Source: Sphyrna mokarran (taxonomy: Eukaryota). From it: a stretch of 64,000 nucleotides of DNA. This document shows, in pieces, positions 52,357 through 64,000 of this stretch. The position numbers and the translations under genes are program-made. The stretch is taken from positions 39,804,001 to 39,868,000 of the forward strand of contig JAGIQG010000017.1 of assembly GCA_024679065.1 (NCBI GenBank), in the 5' to 3' direction. Under the pieces are notes generated by a model. That model did not search any database. It was not told the origin of the DNA and saw nothing but the letters and a program-made list of their open reading frames with translations. Each line of letters begins with the position of its first letter. Position 1 is the first letter of the stretch.

Positions 52357-52930
52357 GGCAGCATGGTGGCACAGTGGTTAGCACTGCTGCCGCACAGTGC
52401 CAGGGACCTGGATTCAATTCCAGCCGTGGGTGACTATCTGTGTGGAGTTTGCACATTGTCACTGTGTCTGCGTGGATTTCCACCAGTTTCCTCTCACAGT
52501 TCAAAGATGTACAGGTTAGGTTGAGTGGCCCAGCTAAATTGCCCATTAGTATCAGGGAGGTAGCAGGGTAAGTACATTGAGTTACAGGAATAGGGGCTGG
52601 GTAGGACTGTTCTCGGCTCAATAGATTTTCTATTGCATTGTAGGGATTCATTGATTCGAATTATTTTACAAAATGTTACATAGAATCCTACTATGCAGAA
52701 GGAGGCCCACAATCCCACACAGATCCTATCCCCATAACCCCAATCAGTTGCCCTAACTAGTTGCCTGACACTAAGGAACAATTTAGCATTTAACTCACAC
52801 ATTTTTGGACTGTGGGAGGAAACCAGAGCACTCAAAGGAAACCCATGCTGACATCGGAGAACATACAAACTTCACACAGACAGTGACCCAAGGCAGGAAT
52901 CAAATCCAGGTCCCTGGCACTGAGAGCAGA
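52357..52930. mobile_element. Two HE1/V-SINEs tail to tail (+ 52357-52650; - 52679-52930)
   Basis: Both have head, V-domain and tail. Confidence 0.9.
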
Positions 52931-53992
52931 GCTGACACTGAGTTTATAGCATAAAAAATAGGCTGTTCAGCCTAACATATTCACACCAGTGTCAATCTTC
53001 AGTCTTTTATTGAACTATTCATCAGTTCTTCCCCACCATTACCACTCCTGCCATCACAACACCTACCCTCACCAAACCCTGCCAGCACCGCCCCTACCAT
53101 CATTGCCCCCCATCATCAACACCACCCATGATCACTGTCCACCATCATTTCCACTTTCCACCATCTCTGACCTGCCACTGATTTTACTTGACCAAAGCCC
53201 AGTCTTTTCTTCAGGGTTATAATGGTAAACCTCTCACTCCAGGTAGATCAGTAATGCTAAGACATCATATTGCAGCTACCACTGAAAATTATTAATATCT
53301 AACAAGAGATTGAGCATATGACAGATTTGAGGAACATTATGTGAGATGTGTGTTCACTCTTGAATTAAATCTAGGTACTGTTCCTCTTTATTTTAATATG
53401 ATCGAAATTTAAGTTTTGCATTTACGTATACACGCCAACTGCAATGTTCACTAGATGTGCAAACAAAGGCAGCTGATATTTGATCCGGTAATTGCTTGCC
53501 ATGTTTTATAACTGCAGGATTTTATAACACTTTTTCTTGGCATGTGTAAGTGGTACTAAATGTATCCTGAAATGTAACCCAGCATGCAAATTACGCAAGA
53601 AAAAAGAGGAAATAAATAACAAAGTGTGAGAGTTTTTCTTCTATATTGAAGCATATCACACACTGGGAGTGCAAAAACATTACATCTTGCACTCAACATT
53701 TGACGGAAAAAATAATATATTCATCACGCTATTGCAGTTACCTTTCTCAATTTGCATTTGGTTTATTCAACTTTACATTTGTGCAAATACTTCATAAAAG
53801 TGACTGCAGAAAGTTTTGCACTTAATGTAAACCAAAACACTCAATGACAGAGATCCAATGAGGCCCATTAATGGGTGTAGGATTCGCAACACATGGTTAT
53901 TCCCACACAGGGTAGGTGGGCAGCACACAAACATTGTGCTACCTGTTCATTTACATGAGAGTATGCTACTGGGGGCTCAGATGTACATACCT

Positions 53993-54680
53993 GTGGCACG
54001 ATAGCACAATGGTTAGCACTGCTGCTTCATAGCACCAGGGACCTGGGTTAGATTTCTGGTTTGAGTCACTATCGGTATGGAGTGTGCATGTTCTCCCCAT
54101 GTCTGCCTGGGTTTCCTCCAGGTCCTCTGGTTTCCTCCCATATTCTGAAAGATGTCTGGTTAAGTTCATTGACCCAAACGGGCACCACACTGTGGTAACT
54201 AGGAGAATTTCATAGTAACTTCATTGCAGTGTTAATGTAAGCCAAACTTGTGACTAATAAACGAATAAACATATAGCTAACATGTTACAGCTCGCCTAAA
54301 CTGATTAAAGGCAGTAAGCACATCTTAAAGGGGAGCTGAGGGAAACCATCCTCAAAAGTGTTTCAGAGAGGGCTTTAAGAATCATAGAATCATAAAAACA
54401 CTACAGTGCAGAAAGAGACCATTAGGCCCATCGAATCTGCACCGACCACAATCCCACCCAGGCCCTATCCCATATCTCTACATATTTACCCGCTAACCCC
54501 TCTAACCTACGCATCTCAAGACACTAAGGGGCAATTTTAGCATGGCCAATCAACCTAACCCGCACATCTTTGGACAGTGGGAGGAAACCAGAACACCCGA
54601 AGGAAACCAACGCAGACACGAGGAGACTGTGCAAACTCCACACTGTGACCCAAGCTGGGAATCGAACCCAAGTCCCTGGG
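53993..54680. mobile_element. Two V-SINEs tail to tail (+ 53993-54270 alternative tail; - 54378-54680 CR1-type tail)
   Basis: Recognisable heads and V-domains. Confidence 0.88.
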
Positions 54681-54699
54681 TTGTCCATCAAGGGTAAAT

Positions 54700-54890
54700 A
54701 GAGGGCTTACAGGTTGTCTGATGTAAGGAGGAGTTCAGGAAGTGGAAAGGAGGGGAGAGGTAATCTTTCCATAGGAGGTCATCAGGCTGTGAAGGAAATG
54801 GGAGCAGGTGGCCAGGGAAATCAGTTCCAAAGGGTCAGTCCCCAAGGACTTGGCTGCAACAAGGTCATTGATCTCACTTGATTGGTCAAG
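54700..54890 (+). pseudogene. Harbinger Myb/SANT-like (trihelix) ORF relic
   Basis: QEVERRGEVIFP*...RKWEQVAREISSKGSVP/RTWLQ resembles the Harbinger DNA-binding ORF; stops and a frameshift. Confidence 0.6.
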
Positions 54891-56559
54891 GACAGTGGAT
54901 GCATGTTCAAGTGTCATTCTTGCCTACAACACCACCAACATCACACACTGTTAATGCACTGCACCTTCATCTATTCAAGATGATGCCAGAGCAAGGTGAC
55001 ATCTTGCAAGCTGTGCCCAGCCTACCCTCTAATTCTATCCTTCACTCTCGTTCTATGCTTCTAAAACTGTATTCTAACTCTTTTAAACTCTCTAACAATG
55101 TATTATTGATCTTTCTCTATACCCTAGCTATGACTGTAACACCACATTCTGCACTCTTTGCTTTCCATCTCTATATGGTATGCTTTCTGTGTATAGCGCG
55201 CAAGAAACAATACTTTTCACTGTATACCAATACATGTGACAATAATAAATCAAATCAAATCAAATCATTCATCTATCTGTACTCAAATCTAACCTTCAGA
55301 TACCCAACCCTCATACACTGAGCAATGCTGTAAATCTCACACTCACATCTTGCAGCTTTTAGTTGTTTCCAACTGTTCAGCTGTGAACATGGTCCAAACA
55401 CACTGCAACACACTAACTGGCACTCTTCCCTCACTCTGGCAGGACAATGTGACACATAACAGGATGCAGCAATGAGAACTGCTGGCAGCCAGACAATTTG
55501 TTATGTATTATTGGTCCATCAGTGACGAAGGTCTTTGCAACTAGCATCACCAGGAACTCCCAGGATGACAATAGATTGGTGACCTATATATCTTCTCAAA
55601 TTCCACGTCACCCCCATCCTTGTATCTGACGTGAAGTACATGCTGAAGGTGTTGCGATCATGGACCGTTTGCTGTGCATCACACCGCTTCCCCAAACTCC
55701 ATATACCTCATTCTGTATTTCAGAACCCAGGACCTGGTACCTGGCCAGCCATTGCAGCCTGACCAGAAAGGGTGCAGGCATGGCTAAATATCAGATGGAG
55801 AAGCGCCATCACTTGCTTTGGCATCTACAGCTGTTAAGTCAGATGCTGGCACTGTATGAATGTTAGAGAGTTAAATAGAGACTGACACAGCACTTGGTGA
55901 TTCACCAGGCATCAGTGGGCTTCAGCCAAGCCAGGGGGAAAGGATAACATCTGTGCCAGCTCCCTGAGGGTGAGTGAGGTCACAGATAAATTTGGATGGA
56001 GAGGACTCAAGTGAAAAGTTTAATCGTGTGGCATACAGCAGAACGCTGATGGGCATGCAGACAGAGATGGTTGGTGCTTTGGCAAACCAGCCAGATTACT
56101 TGTTGTCCCCACCAAGCAGCACAGAGATATTCAGCTCCAACTCAGCCCTAGGCTTGCTGCAGAGTTTGGAATCTATCCTTTTCATTTGGAAACGTTAGCC
56201 AGCTCCCTCAATGGAAAATCACCTTGTCATGATGGAGAACCACCATTTTGTCAATCCCTAAAGCACCTAAAGCACCTGGCACTTCTGGCATTATCCGTAA
56301 AGGAAAGGTTAGGGGGAGATGAGATGTCCATGGAAGTGTGAGGGAATGTGACAAATCTTCCAGTATAATGTGTACACAGTGTACTGGGAGATCAGGGTGC
56401 AATGCCCCCCATAGAGATCAGAACCCACCCTCACACATGAGCTGAGGCTCCAAACCCACCTCCCACCCACTGGTGAGGATCACACTAAAGCTCCTGTATT
56501 GCTGTCGTAAGTTCCCATTACATATGTTACTGAAAAAGTCGGAAAATGTACCATTTTCT

Positions 56560-58300
56560 TGCTTGTTCGACACTTAGAATTAGTTTGTGAGAACTCCACA
56601 CACTGTGCTCAGCATGGCCTCATTATAACAATTCTCTTTTATATCCCTCTTCTGCCAGAAGGACAAATATAAAACAACACCAAAGCATGTTAGATCAAAG
56701 CATTGGCACCTCCTGGATTATACTATTGCTCTGGTCAAAGATCCAACTGAAGTCTGTATCACTCGATCCATGTGAGGGACTGATACCCACTGGATGGATT
56801 ACTGACATCTAATCAGTGACTGAAGTCCAACTCATAAAGCAGTCTGAAGGAAGAGAGGAATTTTTCAAGTGAAGCTCGTAACTTATCCAAGAAGTTTCCA
56901 CACATTCAACTTGATTCAACAACAGTGACATCAATTAATGTCAGCTATCCTAGACTCTGTGTCCAGACCATTGGGGTGGCACAGTGGCACAGGGGCAGTA
57001 TGGTGGCACAGTAGTTAGTACTGCTGCCTCACAGTGCTAAGGACTGAGGTTCAGTTCCAGCCTTACTGCTGTGCGGCGTCTGCATGTCCTCCTTGGGTCT
57101 GCATGGGTTTCCTCTGGGTACTCAGGTTTCCTCCCAGAGTCCAAAGCTCTCCAAGTTGGGTTGATTGGCCATGCTAAATTGCTCCTAGTGCCAGGGAGAC
57201 TAGCAGGGTAAATATGTGAGATTGTAGGAATAGGGCCTGGATGGGATTGTGGACAGTGTAGACTCGATGGGCCAAATGGCCTCCTTTTGCACTGTAGTCA
57301 TTCTATGATTGGATTCGAGTATCATCATTATCAGAATGGGTTCCAACAAAAACTAGGTTGAAATATGTGACCCCTGGAATAAAACTGAGCAGCTTCACTG
57401 TCTGCCAGAATAACCAAAGGTTTCAAGTCCAGAAAACAGCTTTCCAATAGCTCAAACTGCTGCCCAAAGACAAGGCCGGAAGATAAAACACATGTGGTGG
57501 GAAGAGAAAGCTGTTTTGAAACAACCGGGGCCAAGTAGAGACCAACGTCAAATAGACAAAATCCCCTATATTCACAGGATGGTGTGTCTCTTCTTTGGGA
57601 TGACAAAGCCATCCACCAACGCTGGAAAGAACATTTTCAACAACTCAGCTGTGAATCTACAATCGAAGGTGATACTCTGCAGGCTGTCTCCAGTGCTGTG
57701 GGATAGAATCCATGGGTGAACCATCATCAAAGGGATATCTGCAACAAGCAATCAAACTGGTGCAAAACAACAATGCCTGTCGCCTCATAGAGCATCAACT
57801 GCCCTCTGCTGTCAGTGTTAAACACTATCGAGATGGAAAACGCTTCAATACAGTCTCCTCCCTGTCAAAACTGAACTGGCCAATGGAGATGATCCATGGT
57901 TTGTGGATGATTACAGTGTGGGTGCCCATTCCACACCAACTTGTAAGCTACTTTCCATCTCTTCAATTCAGCATACAAGGAATTAGCCTGACCCTAAATA
58001 TTGCCAAAACAAAACTCATGTGTCAATTCAGACCTGGTCAGTTGAATATTCCACCTCCCATAAATGTTAAAGAAAAATCTCTGGGATATGTTGAGCACTT
58101 CCCAGACCTTGGCAACAACATCTCTCCAAATACCACCTTCGACAAGAAGATCCAACACTGCAACAGTCATATCAACTCAGCCTCCTACAAACTATAGTCG
58201 TTAGTGTTTGACAATAGGGAGCTTCACAGGTCAATAAAAGTCCTAATGTAAAGGGCAGTTGTCGTTGCCACACTCTTGTACTGCAGCGAGTATTTATTAG
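56560..58300 (+). mobile_element. Degenerate RTE-clade LINE interrupted by an HE1 SINE (56973-57310)
   Basis: Endonuclease motif HVRSKHWHLLDY; RT C-terminal LTLNIAKTKLMCQ...VEHFPDLGNNIS...KKIQH. Confidence 0.8.
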
Positions 58301-58785
58301 CAACATGTAAGACTCATCTCCTCATTGGTCCATGGCTCCCGCAGAGCCACCAATCCGCAGGCAATGACACCCTGCATCATTGGGAATCTGGCTACACAAG
58401 CAACACCACATACTCACTGTCTTTGCTTCACTCCAATAGAGAGGAGGCAATGAATTATCTCAGTGATGTCCTTGATGCAGCATTGCTTGGCCACCTTGAT
58501 GACATCACTGGCTTCAGCCTGGAAAGATCCTGACGTATAGAAATTGAGGGTGATGGTGATCTTCACAATCACTGGCAGTGCCATCCTCACCATGCTCTGT
58601 AGCTGCAGGTCTAGCTGGTAACAATGACACCAGTTCTGTGCCCATCTCCTTGACAAAACATAACCACCACTATCCCTGGCAGAGATGACAGTATGAGAAC
58701 TGCTCTCTGAATACCCTAAGTAGATTTTATTGTGGGCCGTGCTCCCCTCAACTTTGTGCACAGCTTCTCCTTTCTAGTTCAAAGT

Positions 58786-58955
58786 TGCCAGTGTTGGACT
58801 GGTGTGGGCACAATAAGAAGTCTCACAACACCAGGTTAAAGTCCAACAAGTTTGTTTGGTATTGAGTGACTTACCTGATGAAGGAGCAGTGCTCCGTAAG
58901 CTCGTGATATCAACTAAACCTGTTAGATTTTAACCTGGTGTTGCGAGACTTCTGA
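58786..58955. mobile_element. Palindromic Penelope-like terminus with a mutated hammerhead core
   Basis: Arms 58816-58862 and 58907-58953 are inverted; centre reads CTGATGA-A-GGAGC-AGT-GCTCC-GTAA-GCTC-GTG on the + strand. Confidence 0.8.
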
Positions 58956-59189
58956 CTGTTTCTAGTTCATGTCAGCATGAACTATATTTGGAGTTACAAA
59001 TATAACTCCATTAGACATTGCTGACAGACTTTCCAGCTCCACTGACCTTCTTGAAGAAATCTTGGCGCACTCCTCACTTTTCAGAACTCCTCCAACAATG
59101 CAAGACTCAGGATAGGATTTTTCAGCTGTGCTCACTCCCAAGACCAGAGAATCCCACCTAAGATGAATGAATCTTTTCGTTGTCTGCCA

Positions 59190-59257
59190 CCCGCCTCCCC
59201 ACCCAGCCCACCCACCCCCTCCCCCTGCCCCCCCAACCCCCCCAAACCACCTCCCCC

Positions 59258-59294
<37 letters not shown>
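59190..59294. repeat. C-rich run followed by (CA)n
   Basis: Poly-C tracts (G-quadruplex-prone on the minus, transcribed strand), then about 17 AC units. Confidence 0.9.
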
Positions 59295-59296
<2 letters not shown>

Positions 59297-60216
59297 CATG
59301 ACGGGACAGCAGGAAAATTCTGCTCATTGTGTCTCCACTCACTCTGCAACAGGAAGAGAAAGACATCATTCAGATCCTCTTTAATGCAGGGCATTCCCAA
59401 GTTGAAATTGAGAGTTTTTAAGGCAGCTCCAAAACAGCAGGTTTTGCACCAAGTCAGCATTAGATGGCAACTGACACCATGATCAAGTCTGCATGCTCCC
59501 CACACGCACACTCGTACCCACACCAGCATGGTTCACCACACAGGCTGTGCCAGAAGCGAAATGCCCACCATTTTTGAGGCTCTGAATTCCCTTAGCACCA
59601 ACAGCACGTTCAGCAAAGTTTTGAAGTTTTGTTTGCTATTGAGAGTGAGTGGAATTGCCCTTAAAGTTCCTGTGATCTGTGTGTGAGCATTGCTGTGTGT
59701 TACTCCAGCATAGTGACTTAATCATTCATTTGGCAACAATCACATCTCCACAAACAATTATGTCAGAACTAGTGCAACAAATTCTCATCTCCATTTGCAA
59801 TAACAACAACATCAATTAGAAACAAGTTAGCCTGCAGTCTAAACTGTTTTTGAAACTATTTTTATGGCAACTTACTATGAATTTCATTCAGAAGGAGATA
59901 CTGGGGTTTGACATTGCTACATGAATATTAATGTTAACTCCAAACTACCTCTGGTTTTGTCACATTTGGTGTGGTGTGCAGATAGAGAAATGGACCAAAT
60001 TGGTACTGTGTACAAACAGTCCTTTTCATCTATCCTAACATTAATTAGCAGATTGCATGCGGCCATGTCAAAAGTTAGCTTCCTTTTGTAGTAGCTGGAA
60101 TGCTTTAATATACAATAAGGAACATATTCTAATATATTGCAGAAGAGTCATCCACCTGGAACATTAACTTTTTACTTTTGGGTGGCATGCATTTTCTCAG
60201 CAAGAGATAGTTGGAA

Positions 60217-60503
60217 TGGTGGCATAATGGTTAGCATTGTCACCCCACAGTGCCATGGACCTGGGTTCAATTCTGGCCTCAGGGAACTATGCAGAGTCTG
60301 CAATGTTCCCTCCCAGAGGCGTGGGTGCCCTCTGGATGTTCTAGTTTCCTCCCACAGTCTGAAAGAAAGACATGCTGGTTAGGTGCATTGATCGTGCTAA
60401 ATTCTTTCTTAGTGTACCCAGACAGGCATTGCAGTGTGGTAATTGGGGATCTTCACAGTAACATCATTATAGTGATACCTACTTGTGACTAATAAATAAA
60501 CTT
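60217..60503 (+). mobile_element. V-SINE (alternative tail)
   Basis: ggtggcataatggttagc...cttgtgactaataaataaact. Confidence 0.85.
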
Positions 60504-61873
60504 CAACTAATCTCATTAACAGATGATGCTGAGTATTTCCGGTATCTTCTGGTATAGTGCATCTGCTTACTGGAGATGTTGAAATGCTAAAGCTTGGGCA
60601 AGGTGTTGTGTAGCAATGCAGAGAGTAGCTTTTTTTCCAACCATCTAGTTCAAACAGAGTTGAGTGTTGGACTACTTTCTTTTTTTGCCGCACTGCATTT
60701 GAGCTTCTTTTTCTCTTCATTTTTACTCTTCAGTTTTTTTTATTCCCTCGCCATTCAGCCTTGGTAAAGACTGTGGTGAGATGAGATGTCTTTTAATTCT
60801 GTTCTACAAGCTTACTGATTGTTTTGTCCTCTGACTTTAGTATGCTTTTTTTAATTGCTGCTCACTTCAAACTTCACATGCAAAATCTGTTCCCTACCAC
60901 AAGTGTCTACCTCAATCTGTTTAAACTGCACTCAAATCTTCAGTAATTATTTAATACAGCTAAGATCAGAACATTCACAATTGACCATTCAGATGGATGA
61001 GAACCAGTTTAAAACCATTCCAAACGAGCTTAGATGTGAAAATGAAATTCAGCATGTTTTCCTTTCATTAATTTTCTTTGTCCGTCACATGTTTATTTCA
61101 TTGCTGTTTCTGAATTATTCCACCTCACTTTCTTCTAGTCTTGGTCTGTGTGGCATCTCCTCGTTTGCCCTGGTTATGTTGAATGCCAAGAGAAAACCCT
61201 GTTGAGCCATCCAGCTCTCAAACTGACTAGTTTATCCACAAGCCATTAAGTCATCCATCGCACCAGCCAGGCCATTCACTGTAGACTACTGAAAAATTCA
61301 ACTGGAATGAAAAAGCACCCAAAATGTGGTAGAAATGCAAAAGAGATAAAGTCACAACTAAATTTTGTATAGTGCAAGGGTGGGAGCGAGATCCTTTGTA
61401 CTATTCAATATTGTGTTTGGTACAAAGTTAAGAGAGGACAGAGGCTGGACATTGAAGCTCCAAAACAGAATCAAGTCAGTGTTGTACACTAATAATGTGC
61501 TGCTGCCAGTCATCAAGTGCAAACATGCAAATCCCTTTACAAATACAGCTTCCACTGCATTTCCCATTGAAGTGTGCACATTCATTGTGGACTCCATTTT
61601 GGTGGTTCATGAGGTCAGAAAATGGTTGCTATTTCTCCCGTAGATTTAACAAGCAAAGTGGCCTTGAGTTTCAAAGATCTTTGGGATAACTTAACTCTTA
61701 GTGAATGTAGTGCACCTGAGATGTACTGTTGTTTACGATATACCTTTAGAGGAAACACCCTCCTTCAACCTTATTGCAAATTAGTTCACTAATTAAATAC
61801 CAAAGTCCCCAGATTCTTCCACAAGCTGGTTATGCATGCAAAAGTCAAAATTAAACCAAAGTAAAAGCTTTAC

Positions 61874-61984
61874 CGTAAATATATTGTTCTTATTATTGAG
61901 AGTCGATCTTCTCTGACATGCATACTTAGAAACAGTGACCACTGGTGGAGCTAATGGAAGATTTGATTGAAGAATTTTTTGCTC
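61874..61984 (-). CDS. DNTT: TdT coding exon (human exon 3 equivalent; linker and YACQRR motif)
   Basis: Minus strand reads ttttcttag|...|gtaaag; 111 nt, phase 0-0; EQKILQSNLPLAPPVVTVSKYACQRRSTLNNKNNIFT, containing the TdT/Pol mu YACQRRxTLNN motif. Confidence 0.95.
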
Positions 61985-62164
61985 CTAAGAAAAGAAATGG
62001 AATATAATCATTGCTAGTTCTTGTTCGGCCTGTCTGAGTTATCTGATCTGTCAATAAATAGATATGATATTGTCAGTAATTACAGATTAAAGACTTGTCT
62101 AATTGTTGTTAGTTGTTTAGTACACCAGTTAAAGAAGATTTTCTGATATAATGAAACAAATGGG

Positions 62165-62472
62165 TTGGCACAACAACACAGTGGTTGGTACTGATGCCTC
62201 ACACTGCCAGGGACCTGAGTTTGATTCCTGGCTTGGCTGACTGTATGGACTTTGCACATTCTCTCTCTGTCTATATGTGTTTCCTTCAGGTAATCCAGTG
62301 TCCTCCCATGTCCCAAAGATGTGCAGGTCCGGTTGATTGACTATTCTAAATTACTCCTTAGTGTCAAGATGTTAGCAGGGTAAATAAGTAGGGTTATGAA
62401 GATAGGGCCTGATTGGTGCCAACTCGATGGGCCAAATGGCCTCCTTCTGCACTGTCGGGATTCTATGATTCT
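62165..62472 (+). mobile_element. HE1/V-SINE
   Basis: Head, V-domain and gattctatgattct tail. Confidence 0.9.
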
Positions 62473-63416
62473 AAATAATTTCAGATGGGATGGATTATAG
62501 CAAATCTTGTTAGAACATGATTATGAGTAATGATTTCCTCTCATCTTCACCAGTTATAGATAAAGTGAAACTGGAATTTTAACTTACATAATTTGTAAGA
62601 AAAATAGACAACATGAAGAGTATTATTGCGCTCAGTGTGATAAATGCCACACTGCATTGTTCGCAACAAGACAACTTTTTAAAAGAACAAGAGTAAAATT
62701 AGGATGAAATATTATTTGGGGGCACTGTTTTAACAGTGACATTTTGGAGCATTGCAAGGCAATGTGGATTAAATTGTTTTGGATTGTGATCTCAGGATCT
62801 GGAAGTAGTTTCAAGCGGATCCGAGGATGCCCGGAGCACTTCCGCTGAAGTTCCTAGAAGTAACTAATGAAAGTGAACAGGATCTCAAACATCAGTTCCA
62901 TACATCAGATGTATGAAAATAGTAAAGAGAAAGGAGCTAAAGCAGGACTGAAAAAGATATTGGGAACATTTGGGTGAGAGTTGTGGAGGGAATCTGGCTA
63001 AATGCTTGGACCTTACAGTTTGACCAGGCCATGGTCAGCAGCAGACATTCATGAACAGGATATCGGGTTATTGAGATCTCCCTCTTCATCATCCTGCAAC
63101 GGGTGGATACCCATTTCAAGAAATATCCCAAAGAATTTGGCAAGATTTGCATGAGATCTTTCACACCTTGAGTCAGGAGGTCATTCTGTTGTGATTTCTG
63201 TCAAGAAATCATTTGTATGTTGGACTTTTGGAATGATCAGAATCTACAAATACAGGAAGCTTGACTGTCATGTCAATTGTCTCAAACTCCTTTAATTATA
63301 AAGCATTTTGTAATCGTCTGAGAACACAAGATGCACTGTATAAGTACAAGTTGTTCTTTGCAATAAGCCTTTCCAAATTATGGAGAAACACCAGGCTGCC
63401 ACATCAGAATTATCAG

Positions 63417-63748
63417 GGCAGCATGGTGGCACAATTGTTAGCACTGCTGCCTTACAGCTCCAAGGACCTGGATTCAATTTCAGCCTTAGGTCACTGTCTG
63501 TATGGAATTTGCACATTCTCCCTGTATCTGCCTGAGTTTCCTCCTGTGTTCCGGTTTCCTCCCACAATCCAAAGATATGCGGATTAGGTGCATTGGCTAT
63601 GCTAAATTTCCCATTACTGTCCCGGAATGCATAGATTAGTGAGTAAATATGTGGGCGGTTACGGGGATAGGGCTTGGGTGGAATTGTTGTTGGTGCATGC
63701 TCAGTGGGCCGAATGGCCTCCTTCTGCATTGCAGGGTTTCTATGATTT
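63417..63748 (+). mobile_element. HE1/V-SINE
   Basis: Head, V-domain and tail. Confidence 0.9.
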
Positions 63749-64000
63749 CAAACCTATTAATTTGTGTTGATGGAGAAGAAAAATTATTAAACCTAAAAAG
63801 ACTAGGCATTTTAAAGGACAATGGGATCGCTAGCAAGGAGAGTATTTATCACCCATCCATAATTGCTTTTTAGAAGACAAGCATTGTACTTGCCTTTACG
63901 CTATCTGATTCAAAACAATAGTCATCCTGAGTCCTTCAGTAATTTGAGTCTGATATGTCATTAATAAACTCTGCCCATATAATAGCATACCTAAGTAGAG

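Noticed and set aside
58962-59529. Overlapping 100-135 aa ORFs
   Set aside because: Artefacts of poly-C and (CA)n repeats.
60540-61300. Minus-strand DTCGREQILHVKF resembling FANCL or a gag relic
   Set aside because: Short match surrounded by stops; cannot be classified by eye.
61985-64000. TdT exon 2 (BRCT)
   Set aside because: No VTHIVAE or LLDISW-like coding sequence seen; presumably beyond the window.

Overview
Repeat-rich vertebrate genomic DNA, almost certainly from an elasmobranch (shark), judged from abundant HE1/V-SINE-type SINEs, a SacSINE1-like DeuSINE and shark-type CR1 LINEs. The only confidently identified gene is terminal deoxynucleotidyl transferase (DNTT/TdT) on the minus strand. 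Five consecutive coding exons (equivalent to human exons 3-7) lie at 61874-61984, 43398-43568, 41903-41974, 38460-38583 and 32163-32295, all with GT-AG borders and matching phases. I could not find exons 1-2 (BRCT) or exons 8-11 (GHDVD catalytic motif onward). The window therefore appears to lie wholly inside DNTT, with an 18.3 kb intron 3 and an intron 7 longer than 32 kb. The introns hold CR1, RTE and Vingi-like LINEs, several SINE families, PIF/Harbinger transposase and Myb-ORF relics with many palindromic MITEs, LTR-like relics, and Penelope-like ends carrying minimal hammerhead-ribozyme motifs. The best leads are: an unexplained exon-like ORF at 14026-14278 in frame with TdT exon 7; a sense-strand hammerhead core in intron 7; a composite V-SINE with an intron-like 5' extension; a 1.2 kb element with nested terminal inverted repeats; and a local templated duplication. 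No clearly new multi-gene system is supported. Repeat boundaries are approximate and family names come from recognition, not database searches.
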